A stretch of 51,014 bases of DNA, taken from positions 1 through 51,014 of the forward strand of contig DASYPO010000224.1 of assembly GCA_036006545.1 (NCBI GenBank), read 5' to 3'. The translations under genes and the position numbers were made by a program. The DNA is from Bryobacteraceae bacterium (GTDB lineage Bacteria > Acidobacteriota > Terriglobia > Bryobacterales > Bryobacteraceae). The notes under the pieces were generated by a model, which worked only from the letters and a program-made list of their open reading frames with translations, had not been told where the DNA came from and did not search any database. This document shows, in pieces, positions 26,624-34,318 of this stretch (the first letter of the stretch is position 1; each line of letters begins with the position of its first letter).

Positions 26624-28027
26624 ATGCTCCGACGAATAGGGTTGCTGCTGCTGGCTGCGTCGATAGGCGCCGCGCAACCGGGGAAACTGGAGGGCACCTA
26701 TCAGGGCACGCTCGACACCGGCGCGGTAAAGCTGCGGCTAGGTCTGCACGTTACCCGAAGCAGCGCGGGCGCGTACAAATCGACGCTCGATAGCATCGAT
26801 CAAAGCGCCATGGGAATCCCGGTGCAGCAAACCACCGTCACCGGCAACAAGCTGCGCTTGGAGATGCCCAACATGACCGCGACCTTTGACGGAACGCTGA
26901 GCGACGACGGCGCGCAGATTACGGGCACTTTCACGCAGGGCGCGCCGCTGGCGCTGGTCTTCAAACGCGTCGAGAAGATCGAGGCGCCGAACCGCCCGCA
27001 AAACCCCAAGCCGCCGTTTCCGTACGAATCGGAAGAGGTGACGTACACGTCGGGTGCAGTGCGGCTGGCCGGCACGCTGACCATTCCGAAAGGTGTCAGT
27101 CCGTTTCCAGCGGCGCTCCTGATCACCGGCAGCGGGCCGCAGGATCGCGACGAGTCGCTAATGGGTCACAAGCCATTCTGGGTGATCACGGATTTCCTGA
27201 CACGACGTGGAATCGCCGTGCTGCGCGTGGATGACCGAGGGATGGGTAAATCCACCGGCAACTCGGTGCGTTCGACGCTCGAAGATTTTGTCACCGATGT
27301 TTTGGCCGGAGTGACTTTTCTCAAGGGCCGCCGGGAAATCGACTCGAAGCAGATCGGCGTGATCGGTCACAGTGAGGGCGCCGTGGTGGGACCGGCGGCG
27401 GCTGCGAAATCGAGTGACATCGCATTCGTGGTGATGCTGGCGGGAACCGGTGTCGACGGCGTAACACTGCTGTATGCGCAGGCTGCCGCGATTTCTCGCG
27501 CCGGCGGAGCGACCGACGCCATGATCGCGGAAAATCGCGAATTGCAGACCATGCTGTTCGACGTTTTCCGTTCGGAGCCGGACGAGAAGAAAGCCGCGGC
27601 GAAAGCTTGGGCCGCCTGGGAGGAACGCAAAGCCGCAATGCCGGAGGAGAAACGCAAGCTGGCCGCGACCGCCGACGGCACCATGAGGTCGCAGATCGCG
27701 CAGTTCAATCAGCCGGAGATGCGATCGTTTATGTTCCACGATCCCGCAGTGTCGCTCCGCAAGCTGAAGACTCCAGTATTGGCGCTGAACGGATCGAAGG
27801 ACACGCAGGTGCCTGCGGGGCAGAATCTGCCGGCGATCGAGGCGGCGTTGAAGGCGGCGGGGAATCCGGATTTCACGACCAAGGAACTGCCTGGGCTGAA
27901 TCATTTGTTCCAGCACTGCAAGAAGTGCACGCCAGCCGAGTACGGCGAGTTGGAAGAAACGTTCGCGCCAGAAGCGCTGGAACTGATGGCGGATTGGATC
28001 CTGCGGCGAACTGGAAGGGTGAAGTAG
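26624..28027 (+). CDS. secreted alpha/beta-fold serine hydrolase (S9/S33-like)
   Basis: Signal peptide MLRRIGLLLLAASIGAAQ, nucleophile elbow GHSEGA, and a C-terminal LPGLNHLF (catalytic His region). Confidence 0.85.
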   Translation: MLRRIGLLLLAASIGAAQPGKLEGTYQGTLDTGAVKLRLGLHVTRSSAGAYKSTLDSIDQSAMGIPVQQTTVTGNKLRLEMPNMTATFDGTLSDDGAQITGTFTQGAPLALVFKRVEKIEAPNRPQNPKPPFPYESEEVTYTSGAVRLAGTLTIPKGVSPFPAALLITGSGPQDRDESLMGHKPFWVITDFLTRRGIAVLRVDDRGMGKSTGNSVRSTLEDFVTDVLAGVTFLKGRREIDSKQIGVIGHSEGAVVGPAAAAKSSDIAFVVMLAGTGVDGVTLLYAQAAAISRAGGATDAMIAENRELQTMLFDVFRSEPDEKKAAAKAWAAWEERKAAMPEEKRKLAATADGTMRSQIAQFNQPEMRSFMFHDPAVSLRKLKTPVLALNGSKDTQVPAGQNLPAIEAALKAAGNPDFTTKELPGLNHLFQHCKKCTPAEYGELEETFAPEALELMADWILRRTGRVK

Positions 28028-28090
28028 GAGGGTCGACGAGGGCGTCGACCGCGGACCAGGGGGTCCGCGCCCCAATTCGGTCCGCCCTCC
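28028..28090. repeat. GC-rich tandem-hairpin element, instance C. It fills the convergent spacer.
   Basis: ggtcgacg-aggg-cgtcgacc and gcggacc-aggg-ggtccgc hairpins, bracketed by ggaggg ... ccctcc. The element occupies the 65-nt gap between the two stop codons. Confidence 0.8.
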
Positions 28091-28092
28091 AG

Positions 28093-28464
28093 CTATTGGA
28101 CGGCGAGCATCCCAGCGCCTGTGCGAGCGGTGGTCGCTTGCGTTCGGAACTCGTATTGTTGAATCTCGAGCGCGGCGCGTCCGCTTTCGAAGCGCACGAC
28201 ACGGCCTCGCGCGACCAGTTTAAGCGCGCAGCGGTTGTTTAACTGTGCCGGCCAACTGATGGACAGCTCCAGGCGCCGTCCCGGCAAGAGGATGTGCTCG
28301 GACGTGAACAAGACTCCGGAGCTAGAGATATTGATGGTTTTGCCATCGCCCACCTCTTCGCCACTGCGTTTATTCAAAACGCGATACCGCACTTCGCGCT
28401 CGATCGGAAAGCGATCCGAGTGGCGGCGGTCAGCCTGTGCGTTCCCCTGTTGACTCACGGTCAT
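28093..28464 (-). CDS. single-domain PilZ (c-di-GMP-binding) protein
   Basis: RRHSDRF (RxxxR) and NISSSG (D/NxSxxG) motifs at PilZ-like spacing. Confidence 0.8.
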   Translation of the reverse strand: MTVSQQGNAQADRRHSDRFPIEREVRYRVLNKRSGEEVGDGKTINISSSGVLFTSEHILLPGRRLELSISWPAQLNNRCALKLVARGRVVRFESGRAALEIQQYEFRTQATTARTGAGMLAVQ

Positions 28465-28622
28465 GGCACCTCAATTCTGCGCCCACGGTTCTGTTCCGGG
28501 GCTCCATGTTGAGTTTCGCTTGTGGGACGCGCAGCAACAATAGGGTACTTGGCCCATTCGAGTACAGTACACGGGTACCGGTCGACCTAACTATCCGCCT
28601 AGGCATGAGATATGATTCGTGA

Positions 28623-29063
28623 ATGCGTAAAACCTTACCGTGGCTGGAGACAGTGGTATTAGTACTTGCCTTAGGGGCAGCGATGCAGGCGGCGGGCCCC
28701 AAAAAGGTGGTAACCCCCAAGGATTTCCCGACGGGCAGGCCGTATAGCGCGGGGATTCTAGTAGGCGACACGCTATACGTCGCCGGCCAAGTCGGCATGG
28801 CGAATGGCGCTCTGCCGGAGAACTTCGAGGACGAGGTAAAGCAGTGCCTGAAGAACGTCGGGGCGATTCTGGAGGCGGGGGGGATGAACTTTTCGGACGT
28901 AGTCTCGTCGACCGTGTACCTCACCGACATGAGCATGTTCGAGCGAATGAATGCGGTCTACACCGGGGTGTTTAAGGAGCCGCGGCCGGTGCGAACGACA
29001 GTGGGGGTCGCGAAACTGGTGGGTGCCGCGAGGATCGAGATCACGGTGATCGCGCACAAGTAG
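28623..29063 (+). CDS. RidA/YjgF/L-PSP family protein with a signal peptide
   Basis: GDTLYVAGQVG ... VKQCLKNVGAILEAGG ... VVSSTVYLTDMSMFERMNAVY ... PVRTTVGVAKLVGAARIEI. Confidence 0.9.
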   Translation: MRKTLPWLETVVLVLALGAAMQAAGPKKVVTPKDFPTGRPYSAGILVGDTLYVAGQVGMANGALPENFEDEVKQCLKNVGAILEAGGMNFSDVVSSTVYLTDMSMFERMNAVYTGVFKEPRPVRTTVGVAKLVGAARIEITVIAHK

Positions 29064-29104
29064 GATTGCTTCATTCGCGCGATCAGGAGGTCGCGCCATC
29101 CAAA

Positions 29105-29215
29105 CTAAACCGTGATCGCTTCGCCCTCGCGCGCGGCGATGGTGTTGGGGAAGCGCACGCGCGCATCCTCTACGATGTTCATCATCGCGGTGTAGTCATG
29201 ATTAGGATCGTGGTG
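29105..29215 (-). pseudogene. orphan 3' fragment of the MBL-fold hydrolase gene (diverged duplicate of 29992-30102)
   Basis: Manual ungapped alignment gives about 101/111 identical. It encodes ...HHDPNHDYTAMMNIVEDARVRFPNTIAAREGEAITV*, versus FHHDPNHDDTAMMNIVEDARVRFPNTIAAREGEVITV* in the intact gene. Confidence 0.65.
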
Positions 29216-29270
29216 CACCGACTGCCTGTGAGATCGTGAAGATTCGCGCGGTGTGCGACATAATGGTCGC

Positions 29271-29513
29271 ATGCAGTTGAAGCCTCCGTTCGACCGGATT
29301 ACCGTCGAGCCCGGCAAGATGGGTGGTCAATAGTGCATTCGCGGCCTGCGCATCACGGTACGCCGGGTGCTGGAAATCCTGGCGGCTTATCCGGAACGAA
29401 CGGCGCTGTTCGCGGATTTCCCGGACCTCCAAGAGGAAGACCTGCAACAGGCACTTGCATTCGCCGCTGCGACCGTGGACGGCACCATCGATCTTCATTT
29501 CGACGCGGCATGA
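29271..29513 (+). pseudogene. DUF433-type antitoxin gene interrupted by an in-frame TAG (29331-29333)
   Basis: Hand translation: MQLKPPFDRITVEPGKMGGQ*CIRGLRITVRRVLEILAAYPERTALFADFPDLQEEDLQQALAFAAATV... The DUF433 core (G.P.IrGtRi.V..il) is split by the stop. The TGA overlaps the ATG of the downstream toxin. Confidence 0.6.
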
Positions 29514-29878
29514 AGCGGGTCCTTCTGGACCAGGGCTTGCCCGCCGGCGCCGGTTCGACCTTGCGCGAGCGTGGTTGGGATGCTGTGCATGTCCGCGAAA
29601 TCGGCATGCACGACGCTTCGGACGTGGCCATTCTTGATCGAGCTGCAGCTGAGTCGCCGGTCGTCGTGACACTAGACCGGGATTTTCCCCAAATCCTGGC
29701 GCTGACGTCCGCGACCTGGCCATCAGTCGTGTTGATTCGATGGCAGAGGCTTCAGGCTGCGGATTTCGTTGCGCTACTCACGTCGGTCTGGAACGACCAC
29801 GAAAACGCTTTGGATGGAGGATGCGTCCTTCGGGTAAGCGTGCGAGGCACAAGGATCAGGTCTTTACCTCTGAAGTGA
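29510..29878 (+). CDS. DUF5615-family PIN-like putative toxin
   Basis: MKRVLLDQGLPAGAGSTLRERGWDAVHVREIGMHDASDVAILDRAAAESPVVVTLDRDF follows the DUF5615 (Mut7-C/PIN-like) pattern. It has an ATGA overlap with the DUF433 frame. Confidence 0.8.
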   Translation: MKRVLLDQGLPAGAGSTLRERGWDAVHVREIGMHDASDVAILDRAAAESPVVVTLDRDFPQILALTSATWPSVVLIRWQRLQAADFVALLTSVWNDHENALDGGCVLRVSVRGTRIRSLPLK

Positions 29879-29991
29879 CGCTGAGATCCGAGATAGTCGA
29901 CGAAGCTATTGGAAATACCGGCGATATCCCGGAATCGCAGATTCAGGAGACACGCCGCGCGACTTAGCACGCGTGTCCTCAAATGAGCGCC

Positions 29992-30813
29992 CTAAACGGT
30001 GATCACTTCGCCCTCGCGAGCGGCGATCGTATTGGGGAAGCGCACCCGCGCATCCTCTACGATGTTCATCATCGCGGTGTCGTCGTGATTCGGGTCGTGG
30101 TGGAACAGCACCAACTGTTTCACCCCGCATTCCTGCGCGACCTTCACCGCTTCTTCCCAAGTGCTGTGGCCCCAGCCTTTGAAGCGCTCGTACTCTTCGG
30201 GTGTGTACTGCGCATCGTGGATCAACACGTCGGCGCCTTTCGCGAATTCCTTCAGCACGGCGTCCATCTCCGGATTGCCATGCTCGCGATCCGTGGCATA
30301 GACGATGACCGCGCCGTTTCGCTCGACACGGTATCCGCCGCAGCCCTGCGGATGATGCAGCGGGAAGGGCGTAAGCGTGACGTCGCCTAGCCGAACCGGA
30401 TCGGCGCCCAGGTCGACGAAGCATAGCTTGGAAGAAACCAGGCTGAGGTCCACCGGAAAGTAAGGCCGGCTCATCTGACCTTCGAGCGTTTCGCGCAGCG
30501 GCCCCGAATACACCGTCGAATACAGCACGACCGGACACTTAGGGTTATACAGTGGCGAGAAAAACGGAAGACCCTGGATGTGGTCCCAGTGAAAGTGCGT
30601 GAAGAAGATATGGACCGGCGCCATACCCTTCATGGCCAGTCCGAGCGGCCGGATGCCAGTACCCGCGTCGAGCACGATCGGCTCGCCATTCGGCACCCGC
30701 ACCTCGACACAGGACGTGTTGCCGCCGAACCGAACGTTCTGCGGTTCTGGAGTCGGGATTGATCCCCGCACGCCCCAGAACTTCAACTTCAACCGCCATA
30801 GATCTTCTGGCAT
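29992..30813 (-). CDS. MBL-fold metallo-hydrolase
   Basis: HFHWDHIQG (HxHxDH), a downstream HHPQG, and a C-terminal FHHDP metal-ligand region. Confidence 0.9.
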   Translation of the reverse strand: MPEDLWRLKLKFWGVRGSIPTPEPQNVRFGGNTSCVEVRVPNGEPIVLDAGTGIRPLGLAMKGMAPVHIFFTHFHWDHIQGLPFFSPLYNPKCPVVLYSTVYSGPLRETLEGQMSRPYFPVDLSLVSSKLCFVDLGADPVRLGDVTLTPFPLHHPQGCGGYRVERNGAVIVYATDREHGNPEMDAVLKEFAKGADVLIHDAQYTPEEYERFKGWGHSTWEEAVKVAQECGVKQLVLFHHDPNHDDTAMMNIVEDARVRFPNTIAAREGEVITV

Positions 30814-30835
30814 GAATCGGTTGTTTCACCCTAAC

Positions 30836-33800
30836 CTAAAATGTCATCCTCACGGAAAGCTGCAGGACGCGCGGGGTCTCGTTGAGCGGACTGGTGGCGG
30901 GGAATCCGTTGCCCGCGCCCGACCTCCCGTAAAATGCGACTCCGAAATTTGGATCTCTCAGCTGGGTCACCGGGTTTCCAAGATTCGCGTGGTTCAGGAC
31001 ATTATACGCATCCACGCGTAACCCCACGCGGCCCGATTCGCCCAGCCACGGCAGCGCGAAGGACTTGGAGATCGCCAAGTCGACGTTATAGAATCCCGGA
31101 CCCGAGAGCGCATTGCGTCCCATATTCCCCAGTGTGCTGATAGCGGGCACGGTGAAGTTGTCGGTGTTCAGCAGCTTCTTTCCACCTGGGACTGGCACAG
31201 AAGGCGATAGAAAAACCGCGTTCGGATCCAGCACGTTCGGACGATTGTTGGCGATCACGCCCAAGGGCTTTACCGCATTCGTAGGCGCGATCAGGTTGTA
31301 GGGGAAGCCGGAGCGGAACGCCGCCATCTCGCTCACTCCCCAGTCGCCCAGCACGGAGTTGAGCGCTCGTCCCATGCGTCCCGTGCGGGATGGCGAGGGC
31401 AGCGACCAATACGAGAACACAATGAAGTTGTGACGCTGATCGAAGGTCGCATTGCCGCGATCGATTTGCGAGTTGAACTGCTTAGTAAACGCCGCACGTC
31501 CGCCGGGACCCTGATTCGCTGTCGCATCGGTGAACTTGAGATTGAAGAAGTCGCCCAGCAGCGGCTCGCTCTGGTTGTCGATAGTGTGGCTCCAGGTGTA
31601 CGTGGCCTGCAGGAAGCCGCGGCTGGCGCGATAGCGAGCCACCGTGGTCAGCCCGTTGTAGTTCGAAAATCCCTGTGCGGCGCGATAAGAAACGTCCTGC
31701 GTGAAGGCGGGATTGATGCGGCCGGCGTTGGTGGTGAAATCGCGATTCACCAGGTCGGTAGTGATCAACCGGCGACCGTAGGAACCGGAGGCGTTGACTT
31801 CGAGCGTGAAGGAATTGCTGAAGCGATGCAGTACCCCACCGAAATAACTCTGCGCGTATCCGTTCTTCAGATCGTAGGGCACCAGCGTGAGGTCGGGGAA
31901 ATTGCTGGAGATGGTGCGTGGCGCGAGTGCAGCGACCTGCGCCGCGACGGGCCCCAGGAAGTGGGTTCGCGCGCCCGAGAGCGAGGCCTGCATGAGCAGC
32001 AGGTTGTTGCTCCGCAGGTTCTCCCAGAGGTTGTCGAAGGGACGATCGTAAAAGATTCCGTAAGCGCCGCGGAGCAGTGTGCGGCCTGTTCCGAACAAAT
32101 CGTAGGACGCGCCCACGCGCGGCGCGAAATCCTTGTAATCGGTGCCGAACAACTGCTGATCGCCGGAGTTCGCTGGCGGAGCGGTCAGGGTCGCGCCTAC
32201 AAGCTGCGTCGCCAGATCTGGTCCCGGACCCAGCACGATCAGGTCGTCTTTTACCGGGCCGGTGTTGCGTGGCCCGCCGAAAACTTCCCAGCGAAGCCCG
32301 TAATTCAAGGTGAGGCGCGAAGTGAGCTTCCAGGTGTCCTGCGCGAACAGGTTGAACTGGCGGTACTTGAAGGTGCGATCGTAGCCCGGCGCCGACAACG
32401 TCGCAAGCTTGTCGCGATCCAGCGGGGCACTGAAACTGAAGGGTGCGTCGAGCGCGAAGTTGATCACGCTGCCGAACAAGTACTGTGTGTCGCGGCCGGC
32501 GGTGAGATAACCGCCCGATCGCCGCATCAGCGCACCGCCGCCGAAGGTGAACAGATGCTGTCCGCGCGCCCAAACCACGTTATCCAACATCTCCCAGCTT
32601 CGATTGACGTTCTTGTATTCGTAAAACGCGGGACTGCCGGGCAACGTTATGACCAATCCGTTGTTGGCATCGGCGGCGGCGAGCGTCGGAACTTCCGGAT
32701 GCGGGCGATTCCAGTGCAGGTCGTCGTCGCTGTAGCTGACCCGCGCCTCGGTAGTCAGTCCAGGCCGGAAGTTGTGCGTCAGCGTAATGGCGGGCGCGAT
32801 GGTGTTGTGCATCAGCGTAGACGTGAAATCGGGATACGGCGTCCAGATGAAGGTCGGATTGCCGAGTCGGTTGAGAATCACGCGGCCTGTGAGGTGATCG
32901 CGGCCCGAGGGCGTGATGTAGTCGAGCCGCTCGATGTATAAGCGGCGGTTTAAAAAAACGGGCGGAGCGATCAGGCTGACCCCAGTAAAAGTGCTGGGCG
33001 TCGGAATCGACGCGGGCGGTGCATACTTCGTCAGAAGCTGGTAGGAATCGCGGGCCGGCTGCGCGAATGCGATCAATGACGGGGTCGGAAAATCGAAGAT
33101 CTGCGGATCCTGGAAACTGCGACTGCGGAAATATTCACCGGAGCTCGACCCGTACAGGCGATTGCGGATCAGCGGCCCGGTGAGCACGAAGCCAGGTTGG
33201 ATTTGTTTCGTGGGCGTACGCGGCGCGCGCGTTGGCAGCTTGGCGAATTCGGCGGCCGGTATGAAGGGCTTGATCTGGCTGAGGATCGTGCCGGCGTTCA
33301 AGTTGTGCTGAAAACTATTGGCGTTAAGCACATCGTTTTCCAGATAAAAATACAACGTGCCGTGGTACTGATCTGTTCCCGCGCGTGTGATCGCATTGGC
33401 CAAAAATCCCGAAGTTCGCCCATACTCGGCCGAAAAATTGTTGGTCGAGATACGGTATTCCTGAATCGCTTCGGGCGCGACGGTGACCAGCGGTCCGGTG
33501 ATCAGGTAGTTGTTGTTCTCTACTCCGTCGAGCAAAAAATTCGACGCCGAGGGTCGCTGCCCGATGGCCGAAAGACCGAGGCCGCGCCCGGTGGCGGCGT
33601 CCGACGTGATGCCGGGCTGTGTGATCAGCAGTGTATATACGTCGCGACCTTCAAGCGGCAGATTGCCGAGCAACTTCGAATCAATCACTTCAGAAACTGT
33701 CGATTCGAGCGCCCCGGTGCGTCCTTTGGTGGCCTCGAAAGATCCGGAGCGGCTGGTGTCGACGTCGGGACCGAAGAACGTAACGATGGTTCGCTGGCCC

Positions 33801-34303
33801 GGCAGAAATACGCTGTTGAACTGGCCGGTTTCCCACACGTCGCTGAGGGGTCGCATGCGGAAATCGAGCTCGATACGCGCAGCGACCGGCAGTTCGAGCT
33901 CCTGCACTTCCTGTGACTGGAAGCCCTGCGAGTTCACGCGCACGCGATAGGTGCCGGGAGAAAGCAGCGGCAGAGTGTAGTAGCCCTTCGCGTCGGCGGG
34001 CGAATTTCCGCCCTGTGTGCTGGAGGTGCTGGAGTATTCGACTACGGCGCCGCCGATGCCTTGACCGGTGACAGTGCTGACCAATCGGCCGGAGATCAGA
34101 CCCTGTGTGGTTTGCGCGAAAAGCGGCGCTGCGAGGAGCAGCGTCCAGAGCAAGAACGTGGGAGGGCGGACCCCCCGGTCCGCAGACCCCCTGGTCGCCC
34201 CGGTGATTTTTGCGACTGGCGGGTCCAGGGGAACCCGCGCGGACGTGGGCGTCCGCCCCCCAATGCCCACCAGAGACGTCGCCGATTCCATCGAGTACTG
34301 CAT
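30836..34303 (-). CDS. CarboxypepD_reg-domain TonB-dependent-receptor-like outer-membrane protein (start uncertain: 34303 ATG or about 34153 TTG)
   Basis: A signal-like FLLWTLLLAAPLFAQ, then ISGRLVS...GTYRVRVNSQGF (CarboxypepD_reg), a plug-like region and a long beta-barrel ending in ...LQLSVRMTF (terminal Phe). Codons between 34303 and about 34160 are encoded by a repeat element. Confidence 0.85.
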   Translation of the reverse strand: MQYSMESATSLVGIGGRTPTSARVPLDPPVAKITGATRGSADRGVRPPTFLLWTLLLAAPLFAQTTQGLISGRLVSTVTGQGIGGAVVEYSSTSSTQGGNSPADAKGYYTLPLLSPGTYRVRVNSQGFQSQEVQELELPVAARIELDFRMRPLSDVWETGQFNSVFLPGQRTIVTFFGPDVDTSRSGSFEATKGRTGALESTVSEVIDSKLLGNLPLEGRDVYTLLITQPGITSDAATGRGLGLSAIGQRPSASNFLLDGVENNNYLITGPLVTVAPEAIQEYRISTNNFSAEYGRTSGFLANAITRAGTDQYHGTLYFYLENDVLNANSFQHNLNAGTILSQIKPFIPAAEFAKLPTRAPRTPTKQIQPGFVLTGPLIRNRLYGSSSGEYFRSRSFQDPQIFDFPTPSLIAFAQPARDSYQLLTKYAPPASIPTPSTFTGVSLIAPPVFLNRRLYIERLDYITPSGRDHLTGRVILNRLGNPTFIWTPYPDFTSTLMHNTIAPAITLTHNFRPGLTTEARVSYSDDDLHWNRPHPEVPTLAAADANNGLVITLPGSPAFYEYKNVNRSWEMLDNVVWARGQHLFTFGGGALMRRSGGYLTAGRDTQYLFGSVINFALDAPFSFSAPLDRDKLATLSAPGYDRTFKYRQFNLFAQDTWKLTSRLTLNYGLRWEVFGGPRNTGPVKDDLIVLGPGPDLATQLVGATLTAPPANSGDQQLFGTDYKDFAPRVGASYDLFGTGRTLLRGAYGIFYDRPFDNLWENLRSNNLLLMQASLSGARTHFLGPVAAQVAALAPRTISSNFPDLTLVPYDLKNGYAQSYFGGVLHRFSNSFTLEVNASGSYGRRLITTDLVNRDFTTNAGRINPAFTQDVSYRAAQGFSNYNGLTTVARYRASRGFLQATYTWSHTIDNQSEPLLGDFFNLKFTDATANQGPGGRAAFTKQFNSQIDRGNATFDQRHNFIVFSYWSLPSPSRTGRMGRALNSVLGDWGVSEMAAFRSGFPYNLIAPTNAVKPLGVIANNRPNVLDPNAVFLSPSVPVPGGKKLLNTDNFTVPAISTLGNMGRNALSGPGFYNVDLAISKSFALPWLGESGRVGLRVDAYNVLNHANLGNPVTQLRDPNFGVAFYGRSGAGNGFPATSPLNETPRVLQLSVRMTF
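34160..34262. repeat. GC-rich tandem-hairpin element, instance D (divergent spacer / predicted 5' end of the receptor gene)
   Basis: gcggacc-cccc-ggtccgc, gacc-ccct-ggtc, gcgggtcc-aggg-gaacccgc (imperfect) and gcggacg-tggg-cgtccgc. The stems are the same as in instances A-C. Confidence 0.75.
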
Positions 34304-34318
34304 TCTTATCGTAGTAAG

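Noticed and set aside
5098-34262. The GC-rich hairpin clusters considered as a possible CRISPR array.
   Set aside because: The units are 15-20 nt hairpins packed back to back, without regular unique spacers of about 30 nt. They are dispersed at five loci, and no cas genes are present.
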